Shown: positions 1-9,537 of the stretch, in pieces | Layout: every line of letters begins with the position of its first letter | How positions within the stretch are numbered: the first letter of the stretch is position 1 | Source: Clostridia bacterium | GTDB taxonomy: Bacteria > Bacillota > Clostridia > Oscillospirales > UBA644 | NCBI GenBank assembly: GCA_017623475.1 | Contig: JAGAPC010000038.1 | Location: 20,855 to 84,854, forward strand | Length of the DNA: 64,000 bases | Direction of reading: 5' to 3' | The notes under the pieces: model-generated | What the model was told of the DNA's origin: nothing | The model's input: the letters and a program-made list of their open reading frames with translations, nothing else | Databases searched by the model: none | Position numbers and translations under genes: made by a program

Positions 1-2
1 AG

Positions 3-494
3 GAGGCGGAATACGGCGAAGGAGATTCGGTGGATATTTTCTGTACTATTACCGAAAAAATCTTCCGTCAAAAGGCGTCGTTGAACGTGACGATCCGCAG
101 TATCCGTTTTTCGGAGGATCAGGACGATCCGATCTATCAGAATCACTATCACGCTTACCGCAACGAGGGGGTTTCTCTTCCCGAGGATTGCCGGATCAAC
201 CGAAATACCATGGTCGCCCTTTACCGTTATCTGACCGCAACGGCGTTGCACAACGGAAAGGAAAGCACCGTCTTCCGCCGCCCGGAGACGATCATCCGCG
301 CCGTGAACAACCGACATCACGCAAACCTCAACTACTGTCGGCTCATGCTCTGTCTTGACACGATGCAGGAATTGGAGCTGCTTCGCTATACCAAGGATAA
401 ATTTCTTTCGATCACCCTGTTTCAAACCGAAAAGAAAGTAGATCTCTGCAAAGCCCACGATTGGGATAAAATTTCATCTGCAGAAAAGGGATAA
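3..494 (+). CDS. recJ: C-terminal part of ssDNA exonuclease RecJ (partial, runs off window start)
   Basis: Frame open from base 3; sits directly upstream of rel as in the conserved recJ-(apt)-rel-dtd order; tail resembles the clostridial RecJ C-terminal extension. Catalytic motifs lie outside the window. Confidence 0.6.
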   Translation, partial: EAEYGEGDSVDIFCTITEKIFRQKASLNVTIRSIRFSEDQDDPIYQNHYHAYRNEGVSLPEDCRINRNTMVALYRYLTATALHNGKESTVFRRPETIIRAVNNRHHANLNYCRLMLCLDTMQELELLRYTKDKFLSITLFQTEKKVDLCKAHDWDKISSAEKG

Positions 495-498
495 GCCT

Positions 499-2640
499 AT
501 GTACGACGATCTGATTTTGGAATTTTTAAAAATTCCGGACGAAAGCGACGTCCGATACGACCTTGACCGCATCCGGGATGCGGCGACCTTTGCCGCCCAA
601 TCCCACCACGGACAGCTGCGGAAATCGGGAGAGCCTTATATCATTCATCCGTTGGAGGTTGCCAAAATTCTGATTTCCTACGGCATGGACGAGGCGTGCA
701 TTATCGCAAGTCTTCTCCACGACGTGATCGAGGACACCTCCGTGACGAAGGAGGAGCTGGCAGAACGCTTCTCCCAGGAAATTGCGGATTTGGTCGATGG
801 CGTGACGAAACTGGGACGGATCAATTATACGTCCCAGGAAGAGCAGCAGGTGGAAAATCTCCGCAAAATGCTCCTTGCCATGGCAAAGGATATCCGGGTT
901 ATTATGATCAAGCTGGCTGACCGCCTGCACAACATGAGAACGCTGGAATATCAGACCGAAGAAAAAAAGCGCAGTAAAGCCATGGAAACCCTGGAGGTTT
1001 ACGCGCCTCTTGCCCACCGCTTGGGAATTCAGAACCTGAAAAGCGAGTTGGAGGATATTGCGCTGAAATACATCGATCCCATCGGATACGATGAAATCCT
1101 GAACGATCTTGAGGTGTTCCACGAGAACAACGAACGGTTTATCCGTATCAAAAAAATGATTACCGAAGCGCTGGAAAAGGAAGGAATCCACGCTACCATC
1201 GAAAGCCGGATCAAGCATATTTACAGCATCTATCGGAAGATGTTCAAGCAGAACAAGGATTTTGACGAAATTTACGATCTTTACGCCTTCCGCATTATCG
1301 TGGATAAAACCACGGAATGTTACAACGTGTTGGGGCTGATGCACGACCTGTTTTCCGCCATTCCGGGCAGATTAAAGGACTACATCGCCACCCCGAAGCC
1401 CAATATGTACCAATCTCTGCATACGACCGTTTCCTTTGAGGGGTATCTGTTTGAAATCCAGATCCGAACCCAGGAAATGCACAAAATTGCGGAATTGGGA
1501 ATTGCCGCCCATTGGAAATACAAGACCGGGCGCATCGGAAAGGATCCTCTGGACGAACAGTTGGCGTGGGTACGCAAGCTGTTGGAGGTTCAGAGGGACG
1601 TCAGCGACGCCGACGATTTTTTGAAGACCTTCAAGATCGATCTGTTTGCCGATCAGGTCTTCGTTTCCACGCCGAAGGGCGATATTATTACCCTGCACGC
1701 CGATTCCACCGTCATCGACTTTGCCTACGCCATCCACACCCAGGTCGGAAACAAGATGATCGGGGCGAAGATCAACGGTCGGATCGTGGAATTAACATCG
1801 AAAATGAAAAACGGAGACGTGGTGGAAATCCTCACGTCCGATTCCTCTGCAGGTCCTTCGAGAGACTGGCTGAACCTGGTCAAAACCAACGAGGCGAAGG
1901 CAAAAATCCGTCAATGGTTCAAGAAGGAAAAGCGGGAAGAAAATATTCTTCAGGGACGCACCGATCTGGAACGGGAGATGAAGCGCAGTCTGATCAACCT
2001 TGCAAACGTGGATGAAAAAGAGTTGTTTGCGCCCATTCTTGCCCGATACGGATTGGAGAATTTGGAGGATCTGTACGCCGCCATCGGGTACGGCGGAGTT
2101 TCCATTTCCAAAATCCTACCCAAACTAAAGGTTGATTACAGTAAAATGATCCGCAAGCAGGCGGAGCAACCGACGCAACCTGCCGCCCCCGTCCGCAAAA
2201 AGACCGTCAGTGGCGTCGTGGTGGACGACATCGACAACTGCCTGGTGCGTCTTGCGGGATGCTGCGTTCCCGTGCCCGGAGATGAAATCATCGGATTTAT
2301 TACCCGCGGGAACGGCGTTACGGTGCATCAGACCAACTGCCCCCACCTCAAGGGAATTGAGCCGGGACGCCTCGTAAAGGTTCATTGGGAGGATGCGGAA
2401 AACGAATATTTCAATACAACCTTGACCATCGACGCTCTGAACCGAATCGATTTGATGGCGGATATTTCCTCTGCACTGGCGCAGATGCACATCATGACCC
2501 GGGGACTTTCCATGCAGCAGATCGCCCACGGCGACGTGCGGGTGGTGTTGAATATTGAGGTTCACAGCCTGTCCCACCTGGAAATCGTAGCAAAGCGTCT
2601 GCGGAAGCTGAAGGACGTACTGAAGGTAGAAAGAGCGTAA
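499..2640 (+). CDS. relA: Bifunctional (p)ppGpp synthetase/hydrolase Rel
   Basis: HD hydrolase motifs (GEPYIIHP, LLHDVIED, KLADRLHNMRTL), synthetase motifs (RIKHIYSIYRK, YQSLHT, EIQIRT), TGS, CC and ACT domains. Confidence 0.97.
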   Translation: MYDDLILEFLKIPDESDVRYDLDRIRDAATFAAQSHHGQLRKSGEPYIIHPLEVAKILISYGMDEACIIASLLHDVIEDTSVTKEELAERFSQEIADLVDGVTKLGRINYTSQEEQQVENLRKMLLAMAKDIRVIMIKLADRLHNMRTLEYQTEEKKRSKAMETLEVYAPLAHRLGIQNLKSELEDIALKYIDPIGYDEILNDLEVFHENNERFIRIKKMITEALEKEGIHATIESRIKHIYSIYRKMFKQNKDFDEIYDLYAFRIIVDKTTECYNVLGLMHDLFSAIPGRLKDYIATPKPNMYQSLHTTVSFEGYLFEIQIRTQEMHKIAELGIAAHWKYKTGRIGKDPLDEQLAWVRKLLEVQRDVSDADDFLKTFKIDLFADQVFVSTPKGDIITLHADSTVIDFAYAIHTQVGNKMIGAKINGRIVELTSKMKNGDVVEILTSDSSAGPSRDWLNLVKTNEAKAKIRQWFKKEKREENILQGRTDLEREMKRSLINLANVDEKELFAPILARYGLENLEDLYAAIGYGGVSISKILPKLKVDYSKMIRKQAEQPTQPAAPVRKKTVSGVVVDDIDNCLVRLAGCCVPVPGDEIIGFITRGNGVTVHQTNCPHLKGIEPGRLVKVHWEDAENEYFNTTLTIDALNRIDLMADISSALAQMHIMTRGLSMQQIAHGDVRVVLNIEVHSLSHLEIVAKRLRKLKDVLKVERA

Positions 2641-2642
2641 CG

Positions 2643-3092
2643 ATGAAAGCAGTCATTCAACGGGTTCAAAGGGCAAGCCTGACCGCCGACGGCGTTCCCT
2701 ATTCCGAAATCGGCGGAGGAATGTTGATTTTCCTTGGAATCTCCCCGGAGGACACGGAAAAGGACGTGGATTTTTTGGTGCGCAAATGCGCCAATCTACG
2801 GATTTTTGAAGATGAAAACGGAAAAATGAACGTCTCCCCTGCCGATGCAAAGGCAGAGGTGTTGGCGGTCTCTCAATTTACCCTTTTGGGATCTTGCGCC
2901 GAGGGAAACCGTCCCTATTTCGGGGCGGCAGCCCGACCGGAGATTGCAAAGCCCCTTTACGAACGGTTCTGCCGGGAAATGGCAAGCCGCCTGCCCACGA
3001 AAACCGGCGTGTTCGGGGCGGACATGAAGATTGCAACGGTCTGTGACGGACCGGTTACCATTTTGATGGACACGAAGGAGTTAATGAAATGA
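2643..3092 (+). CDS. dtd: D-aminoacyl-tRNA deacylase
   Basis: MKAVIQRV start, SQFTL and GPVT motifs, follows rel. Confidence 0.95.
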   Translation: MKAVIQRVQRASLTADGVPYSEIGGGMLIFLGISPEDTEKDVDFLVRKCANLRIFEDENGKMNVSPADAKAEVLAVSQFTLLGSCAEGNRPYFGAAARPEIAKPLYERFCREMASRLPTKTGVFGADMKIATVCDGPVTILMDTKELMK

Positions 3093-3718
3093 CGGTACGC
3101 AGAATCCTTTTGGGAGAGCTGATTACCAACTGTTATCTTTTGCTTTTTTCCGACCGTACCGCAGTGATCGATCCGGGAGATTGCCCCGAAAAAATCTTGA
3201 AATTCTGCGGAGAATTGCCTATTACGGACATCCTTTTAACCCACGGTCATTTGGATCATACGGCGGCGATGGGAGATTTGTGCGACCGTTTTTCGCCTCG
3301 GGTTTGGATGCACGAAAAGGATGGAGCGTATTTAAACGACGACGCCCTCCGCGCCCCTGCGTCGTCTCCGAAGCCCTTTTGGAGATACGATTACAAGGCG
3401 ACGGATTTCGTCGATGAGGATGACGTGATTTTATTGGGCGAAGGGGATGAGGAAATCAAATTACAGGTATTACACACCCCCGGACATACCCCCGGATCTC
3501 TCTGCTTTTACCTGGAAGAGCAGGGAATTCTTTTTTCGGGAGATACTCTATTCCAAAGCACCTGCGGGAGAACCGATTTTCCCCTGGGAAGTCCGCAGGA
3601 TATGAAAAAATCCTTACGTAAACTTTTTGATTTGCCGAAAGACACCGCCGTTTATCCCGGTCACGGCTTTGCCACGAAGATCGGGAACGAATGCCGGATT
3701 GCAGGAGATTTGATTTGA
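3089..3718 (+). CDS. MBL-fold metallo-hydrolase (glyoxalase II-like)
   Basis: THGHLDH, HTPGHT, SGDTLF, PGHG motifs; usual position after dtd. Confidence 0.92.
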   Translation: MTVRRILLGELITNCYLLLFSDRTAVIDPGDCPEKILKFCGELPITDILLTHGHLDHTAAMGDLCDRFSPRVWMHEKDGAYLNDDALRAPASSPKPFWRYDYKATDFVDEDDVILLGEGDEEIKLQVLHTPGHTPGSLCFYLEEQGILFSGDTLFQSTCGRTDFPLGSPQDMKKSLRKLFDLPKDTAVYPGHGFATKIGNECRIAGDLI

Positions 3719-5088
3719 AATTAATCTTAAACGGGACCGACGACTCCTTTGACGTGGTCGCCCTTTCCAATTTATTTTTCCCCCGGGACGGATTCACGGA
3801 AGAAAAGGGAAAAATCCTGACGATAACCCGAAAAGACGATTCCTTTGAAGCGGTTTTTGCGTGGAAGAGCGTTTTATACCGTTCCATCCATAAAATAGAT
3901 CCCGCCCTGCACGACGGCGAGCGATGTGCCATTAAGAGGGCGGCGTACGACGTTTTTTCCGAAGCGACGGGGATTCAATCTCCCTGGGGCATCCTTTCCG
4001 GGGTGCGCCCCATCCGTTTTTACGAAACGCTGACGGGGATCTACGGAGAGCGCACCGATTCGGTTCTGGAGAAAAGCTATCTGGTCACTCCCGAAAAAAT
4101 TGATCTTTGCAAAAAAACCCTTTTGGGGCAGAAGAAGGCGAAGGAAGAAAACCGCCCGGGAGACGCGGGGATGTACCTTTCCATTCCCTTTTGCCCGAGC
4201 CGTTGCAAATACTGCTCCTTCGTATCCCAGGTGACGCAGGATGAAAACAAATTTATCCCGGAATACCTGGCGGTTTTGAAGGAAGAGATCGCCGCAAAAA
4301 TTGCCCTTGCGAAGGAAAAGGGACATCGGATCACCACCCTCTATATCGGGGGAGGAACGCCGACGACGTTGTCGGCAAACCAAATGAAAGACCTGATGGA
4401 AACGATGGCAAAGCATCTGGACATTTCCTCCCTTTTGGAATATACGGTGGAGGCGGGGCGTCCCGACACCATCACGGAAGAAAAATTGCGGGTAATCGAA
4501 GCCTTAGGGGCAACCCGAATCAGCGTAAATCCCCAAACCCTGAGCGATTCTATTTTGCAGGCGGTGGGACGAAAGCACACGGCGGAAGATTTTTATCGGG
4601 CGTATGAAGCGGCGCGAAAAACGAACCTTGCCGTCAACGTGGACCTGATCGCCGGGCTTCCGGGGGATACGCCGGAGCAGTTCGAGGACACTATGGAGAA
4701 AATCACCGCGCTGGATCCACACAACGTCACGGTACATACCCTGTATCTGAAGCGGGCGGCGGATTTTGGGGAGGAAGACCCTGCGGAATTTACGAAAAAC
4801 GCAAAAAACGCCGTGAAAATGGTGGAGATCTCCCAAGCCTACTGTCGGGAACGGGGGTACTTCCCCTACTATCTCTATCGGCAAAAAAATACCGTGGGGA
4901 ATCTGGAAAACGTGGGCTACGCCAAGCCCGGATATGAAAGTCCCTACAATATTTATATGATGGACGATCTGCAGCCGATCTACGGCGCGGGGGCAAACGC
5001 CACGACGAAATTCATTGAAAACGGAAAAACCTCACGGGTCTGTAATACGAAATTCGCCTACAATTACATTACGGAAAAATGGAAATAA
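3715..5088 (+). CDS. hemZ: Radical SAM coproporphyrinogen dehydrogenase-like protein HemZ
   Basis: PWGILSGVRP, CPSRCKYC, YIGGGTPT, EAGRPDT, PYYLYRQK; TTG start at 3715 behind GGAG, overlapping upstream stop. Confidence 0.9.
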   Translation: MKLILNGTDDSFDVVALSNLFFPRDGFTEEKGKILTITRKDDSFEAVFAWKSVLYRSIHKIDPALHDGERCAIKRAAYDVFSEATGIQSPWGILSGVRPIRFYETLTGIYGERTDSVLEKSYLVTPEKIDLCKKTLLGQKKAKEENRPGDAGMYLSIPFCPSRCKYCSFVSQVTQDENKFIPEYLAVLKEEIAAKIALAKEKGHRITTLYIGGGTPTTLSANQMKDLMETMAKHLDISSLLEYTVEAGRPDTITEEKLRVIEALGATRISVNPQTLSDSILQAVGRKHTAEDFYRAYEAARKTNLAVNVDLIAGLPGDTPEQFEDTMEKITALDPHNVTVHTLYLKRAADFGEEDPAEFTKNAKNAVKMVEISQAYCRERGYFPYYLYRQKNTVGNLENVGYAKPGYESPYNIYMMDDLQPIYGAGANATTKFIENGKTSRVCNTKFAYNYITEKWK

Positions 5089-5163
5089 GACTGCAAAATT
5101 GGGATTCTTTGCAAGTTCACAAAAAATTAACAGGAACTTGACGATGTTTTTCCGCCGCAGGAC

Positions 5164-5192
5164 TTGACAGAAAGGGTTTTTTCGTGTATAAT
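5164..5192 (+). promoter_or_regulatory. SigA promoter of rpsU
   Basis: TTGACA-17 bp-TATAAT, perfect consensus. Confidence 0.85.
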
Positions 5193-5252
5193 ATTAAAGG
5201 ATTTTGAGAAATCAAGTCTTTCAGCGTTTACGATGGAGGGAGGGAATAAATA

Positions 5253-5429
5253 ATGTCTGAAATCAAAATCAAGGAAAACGAATCGTTGGATAATGCGCTC
5301 CGTCGTTTTAAGAGACAATGTGCGAAAGCCGGAACCTTGGCTGAGCTGAGAAAACGCGAACACTACGAAAAGCCTTCCGTCAAGCGTAAGAAGAAGTCCG
5401 AAGCTGCAAGAAAGCGCAAGTATAAATAA
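5253..5429 (+). CDS. rpsU: 30S ribosomal protein S21 (58 aa, absent from ORF track)
   Basis: Hand translation [58 protein letters not shown]; GGAGGGAGG RBS. Confidence 0.97.
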   Translation: MSEIKIKENESLDNALRRFKRQCAKAGTLAELRKREHYEKPSVKRKKKSEAARKRKYK

Positions 5430-5436
5430 CGATTTG

Positions 5437-5467
5437 AACGTGCATGATTCCCATCATGCACGTTTTT
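5437..5467 (+). terminator. Intrinsic terminator after rpsU
   Basis: AACGTGCATGAT-tccc-ATCATGCACGTT stem followed by T run. Confidence 0.75.
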
Positions 5468-5480
5468 CATAGGAGGATCT

Positions 5481-5978
5481 ATGAGCTTTTACACACCCAC
5501 CCTTCGCTTGCGCCGCTTTACGCAGGTAACCCCTGCCCTGCTGCGAGAAATGGGGGTGCGGGGGATTATTACCGATTTGGACGATACCTTAGCCCCCCGA
5601 AACGTCTTTCTGCCCGACGAGGAGGTTACCGCCTGGGTGAAGGGCTTGACCGATGCGGGGATTCCGATCTGCATCGTCTCGAACAACCACAAAAAACGCA
5701 CCGAGGACTTTGCAACGCCCCTGACTCTCCCCTGCTTCTACGAGGCGCTAAAGCCGTCGAGAAAGGCGATTTTCAAAGCCCTTGACACGTTGCAGATCCC
5801 CGCGGACGAGGTGGCGCTTTTGGGAGATCAGTTATTTACCGACATGACCGCCGCAAAGCGCTGCAAAATGAAATCCATTTTGGTCGATCCGGTGGGAAGC
5901 TACGGAGGCTGGTTCGTTCATTTCAAGCGAAAATTGGAAATTCCCCTGCGGAAAAAAATCAAATACGACAAAGAATAA
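5481..5978 (+). CDS. yqeG: YqeG-family HAD IIIA phosphatase
   Basis: DLDDTL, VSNN, ALKP, GDQLFTD motifs. Confidence 0.92.
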   Translation: MSFYTPTLRLRRFTQVTPALLREMGVRGIITDLDDTLAPRNVFLPDEEVTAWVKGLTDAGIPICIVSNNHKKRTEDFATPLTLPCFYEALKPSRKAIFKALDTLQIPADEVALLGDQLFTDMTAAKRCKMKSILVDPVGSYGGWFVHFKRKLEIPLRKKIKYDKE

Positions 5979-6014
5979 AAGAAGACCGACAGACGATTTC
6001 TGCCGGTCTTTTTT
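5977..6014. terminator. Bidirectional terminator between convergent yqeG and niaR
   Basis: AAGACCGACAGA/TCTGCCGGTCTT stem with A run before and T run after. Confidence 0.7.
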
Positions 6015-6017
6015 ACG

Positions 6018-6530
6018 TTAATCGTGATCAATCAAAATTCCAAGATCCGAGAGGGTCTTGCAGATGGCTTCGAAGGACTCCTCGGAGGGAACGGTCAGCG
6101 TATGAATATGAATCCCTGCCGTGAGGTCGGACAAATGGGATGCCCCGGAAAGCGCCGTTTTTCGAACGAACTCGTCCGCATCCTTGCGGGAAGAAATCGT
6201 AAGATCCACGGAAATCTGCCCGTAAATGGAATGCTCCACCGTCACGTTAAGCACCTTGCCGCCCTGATCGACGATGGCGTAAAACTCGTTGCGGACGTCG
6301 TCTTTTTTATGGCAGCAAACGATTCGCCGCCGGATCCCCGTTTCCTGCTCCAAAAAATAGCCCCGGTACTCCGAGCAAATGGGAGCCCCTGCGGCGCGGA
6401 GCAACGCAACGTCGGCAACGATGATCTGGCGGGTAACCGAGCATAGCTCTGCCAATTTCGTGGCGCTGACCGGAGCGTTTGCCTTCTCCAATTCTGAAAG
6501 AATTTTATCTCTGCGTTCTTGACCGTTCAT
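6018..6530 (-). CDS. niaR: Niacin-responsive transcription repressor (HTH + 3H domain)
   Basis: VSATKLA..VTRQIIVADVALLR HTH; 3H-domain His motifs CCH, VEHSIYG, GIHIHT. Confidence 0.92.
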   Translation of the reverse strand: MNGQERRDKILSELEKANAPVSATKLAELCSVTRQIIVADVALLRAAGAPICSEYRGYFLEQETGIRRRIVCCHKKDDVRNEFYAIVDQGGKVLNVTVEHSIYGQISVDLTISSRKDADEFVRKTALSGASHLSDLTAGIHIHTLTVPSEESFEAICKTLSDLGILIDHD

Positions 6531-6603
6531 TATAATAACCTCTTTTTATCGTTTTGTCCAAGAGAATAGAAAATCGGATTAAAATCTTTGTAGAAAGTAC
6601 GTA

Positions 6604-6645
6604 TTGACTTTTTGCTCTATGAGGTGTATAATCTATATATACACC
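6604..6645 (+). promoter_or_regulatory. SigA promoter with overlapping palindromic operator (probable NiaR site)
   Basis: TTGACT(6604)-17 bp-TATAAT(6627); GGTGTATA-N7-TATACACC inverted repeat at 6623-6645 covers the -10. Confidence 0.7.
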
Positions 6646-6676
6646 CTATACGTTTACCGAAAAGGAGACTGAAACA

Positions 6677-7222
6677 ATGAGTAAAAAGTACGCCGTTTTG
6701 GTGGTTGACATGCTTAACGATTTCGTGACGGGCGCCCTGAAATGCGACCGTGGGCTGGCAATCGTACCCAAAACCAAGGAATTGCTTGCCGGTTGCCGGG
6801 AAAAGAACGTTCCCGTAATTTTCTGCAACGACGCGCACCTCAAGGACATCGACCACGAGCTGAAGCTGTGGGGAGATCACGCCATCGCAGGGACGAAGGG
6901 CGCAGAGGTAATCCCCGAGCTGGATCTTTGCGAAAAGGATTACGTGGTTCCAAAGCGCCGTTACAGCGGATTTTTCCACACGGATTTGGATCTTCTGCTG
7001 AAGGAATTGGGCGTAGATACCGTAATTATGACCGGTCTTCACGCCCATATGTGCGTGCGCCACACCTCTGCCGACGCCTATCAGTTAGGGTACGACGTGG
7101 TGGTTGCAAAGGACGCGACCGACTCCTTCACCGAAGAGGATTACCTCTACGGAATCAAATACCTGAAGGATACCTACGGTGCGGAAATCTCCGACGTGGA
7201 CAGTATTCTGAAGATGCTTTAA
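6677..7222 (+). CDS. Isochorismatase-family cysteine hydrolase, probable nicotinamidase
   Basis: VVDMLNDF, DAH...WGDHA metal ligands, KRRYSGF, catalytic Cys in HMCVRHT; divergent from niaR. Confidence 0.85.
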   Translation: MSKKYAVLVVDMLNDFVTGALKCDRGLAIVPKTKELLAGCREKNVPVIFCNDAHLKDIDHELKLWGDHAIAGTKGAEVIPELDLCEKDYVVPKRRYSGFFHTDLDLLLKELGVDTVIMTGLHAHMCVRHTSADAYQLGYDVVVAKDATDSFTEEDYLYGIKYLKDTYGAEISDVDSILKML

Positions 7223-7227
7223 AAAGG

Positions 7228-7301
7228 AAATCCTTCGGAGCAATCCGGAGGATTTTTTTTGTAAAAAGGCGGTGTAACCTCCATCGAGATTACACCGCTT
7301 T
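7228..7301. terminator. Two back-to-back terminators (hydrolase on +, ftsZ on -)
   Basis: AAATCCTTCGGA-gcaa-TCCGGAGGATTT then T run; AAGGCGGTGTAA...TTACACCGCTTT preceded by A run. Confidence 0.75.
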
Positions 7302-7312
7302 ATCACGTTCAA

Positions 7313-8533
7313 TTATTTGCTCTTGGTAATTTCGTTGAGCAGCTTCATGAAATCTTCGTCGGAATCACCTTCCGTAGCTTCTTCCGTTGCGGCAGCAGCG
7401 GGAGCGTCGGTGTTGACGGCGAATTCTTCAAAGAGCGCCGCGGTATCAACGGCAGGGGTCTTATCTGCGGCGGCTTCCGTGGGAGCGACGGGCTTGGTTA
7501 CCGAATCGTACGCCTTAAAGGAATAGCCGGAGGTGGAGAAATTCTTGGTTGCCTTTCCGAGAAGGTTGGCGTTTTGGGGTTCTTCAAAGCCGGTGGCGAT
7601 GATGGTGATCCGCAGTTCGTCCTGCAGGTTGTCGTCCAATTCCACACCCCAGATGATGTTTGCATCGGGATCGGCTTCTTCACGGATAATGTCTGCGGCA
7701 CGGTAGATATCGTCCAAAGCAACCTCGGGATCCGCGGTGAAGTTGATGATGATACCCTTTGCGCCGGAAACGGAGGTTTCCAACAAGGGAGAAACGATTG
7801 CCTTGCGGGCGGCTTCTTCCGCCTTATCCTTACCCTTGGCACCGGCAACGCACATATGAGCGTAGCCTGCGTCCTTCATGATAGCGCAAACGTCGGCAAA
7901 GTCCAGGTTCAGAATTCCGCGGCCCTGAATCAGGTCGGAAATCGATTGAACGCCCTGCTTCAAGACGTTGTCTGCCATCGCGAAAGCGTTGACCAGGGTG
8001 ATGCGGTCGTCGGCAACGTATTTGAGGCGCTCGTTGGGGATGATAATCAAAGAGTCCACGTGGCTGCGGAGATCTTCGATACCCTTTTGGGCACGTTCCA
8101 TTTTAAGCTTACCTTCAAAGCCGAAGGGCTTGGTTACGACGCCAACGGTCAAAAGACCCATTTCCTTCGCGATCTCTGCGACCAGGGGAGCAGCGCCGGT
8201 ACCGGTACCACCGCCCATGCCGGCAGTGATAAAGACCATTTCTCCGCCCGCCAGGGCTGCGGAGATCTGCTCACGGCTGTCGTCGGCAGCACGACGACCC
8301 ACCTCGGGGTTTGCGCCTGCACCGCGGCCGTTGGTCACTTTCTGACCGAGAAGAATTTTGTTGGATGCCAGGGAATCTTCCAGATCCTGCGCATCCGTGT
8401 TCGCGACGACGAAATCGACGCTCTTGACGTCATCCTGGATCATGCGGTTTACTGCGTTTCCGCCGCCACCGCCGACACCGATTACTTTGATGGAAACCAA
8501 TGCTTCGGGTTCCTCAACGCTTCTGAAAGCCAT
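7313..8533 (-). CDS. ftsZ: Cell division GTPase FtsZ
   Basis: IKVIGVGGGGGNAVNRM, GMGGGTGTG signature, NLDFADV T7 loop. Confidence 0.98.
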   Translation of the reverse strand: MAFRSVEEPEALVSIKVIGVGGGGGNAVNRMIQDDVKSVDFVVANTDAQDLEDSLASNKILLGQKVTNGRGAGANPEVGRRAADDSREQISAALAGGEMVFITAGMGGGTGTGAAPLVAEIAKEMGLLTVGVVTKPFGFEGKLKMERAQKGIEDLRSHVDSLIIIPNERLKYVADDRITLVNAFAMADNVLKQGVQSISDLIQGRGILNLDFADVCAIMKDAGYAHMCVAGAKGKDKAEEAARKAIVSPLLETSVSGAKGIIINFTADPEVALDDIYRAADIIREEADPDANIIWGVELDDNLQDELRITIIATGFEEPQNANLLGKATKNFSTSGYSFKAYDSVTKPVAPTEAAADKTPAVDTAALFEEFAVNTDAPAAAATEEATEGDSDEDFMKLLNEITKSK

Positions 8534-8676
8534 ATCTCATTACTTCCTTTCAATGGTTCATTTTCTTTTCTGTAATGCTTCGCGTGTATTTATATCTTAT
8601 TATATCACAGATTTGCTCAAAAGAAAAGTTATTATAGTGTCTTTTTTTTGATATTATTCCGAACAATTTTCGAAAT

Positions 8677-9504
8677 TTAACTATTCGTGTCGCTTGCGGG
8701 GGATTTTTCCGTCTCCGAATCCGTATCCGCCGAGGAATCGGGAAGGGGATCCAATCGGATGTAACGCCCCTCCGCCGAGTTGCGAACCCGAATTTCCGCA
8801 GGAACGGTGACGTCGTTTTCGTTCAATAGCTTGACCAGCATATTCATCTTGGCGTCAAAATTTTCCGAATTTCCCATATAGACCGTGATCACGTCGTAGA
8901 TGCGGAGGGAAATATTATATTTTTTGGAAAGGTCGATGCGGGAGGTATGCTCGTCCAGCCCCCGCTGCTCCAATTCCGCAAGCAATTCCCGAACGATGGA
9001 AACCTGAATGTTTTCATTTTCATCCAGGGGGTAACCGACGGTATAAGAAACGATCTCCATTCCATCGACGGCAACCACGCCGTCGGGAATCCGATCGACC
9101 ACCTCCAGCACCTTAAAATCCCGATCGATGAGAAGAACCTCGGTTTCGGTGCGAACGGCAAACGCCACGGTGGCGGGGATCAGAGTAATTTCCAGATCGC
9201 TGGGCAGTTTATAGCTGACCTGCGCGGATTTGACGTAGGGGCAGGCAATCGAGATCTCCTCTGCCATTTTATTGCGGTTGACCGTAAAAAGGCTGTCTCC
9301 GACCGAGAAAGAAAAGTGCTCGGCAATGTCCAGAGAAGAATAGACCGTGGGATTTCGGACGATGACGGTATTGATTCGGGTAAACAGAGATAAAACCGCA
9401 ACGAAAACCAACGCAATCAGCGGAGATAACGCCAAAATGCGCAGGGTGCGTCTTCGACGGCGGCGCTGCTGCTTTTCCCGGAGTTTTTCCATTTCGCTTT
9501 TCAT
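8677..9504 (-). CDS. ftsQ: FtsQ/DivIB-type POTRA protein
   Basis: Basic N-terminus, one TM helix, POTRA-like PYVKSAQVSYKLPSDLEI; position before ftsZ. Confidence 0.8.
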   Translation of the reverse strand: MKSEMEKLREKQQRRRRRRTLRILALSPLIALVFVAVLSLFTRINTVIVRNPTVYSSLDIAEHFSFSVGDSLFTVNRNKMAEEISIACPYVKSAQVSYKLPSDLEITLIPATVAFAVRTETEVLLIDRDFKVLEVVDRIPDGVVAVDGMEIVSYTVGYPLDENENIQVSIVRELLAELEQRGLDEHTSRIDLSKKYNISLRIYDVITVYMGNSENFDAKMNMLVKLLNENDVTVPAEIRVRNSAEGRYIRLDPLPDSSADTDSETEKSPASDTNS

Positions 9505-9537
9505 GGCTCGTCCTTTCTCCCCCGAAGCTACGAGGGG

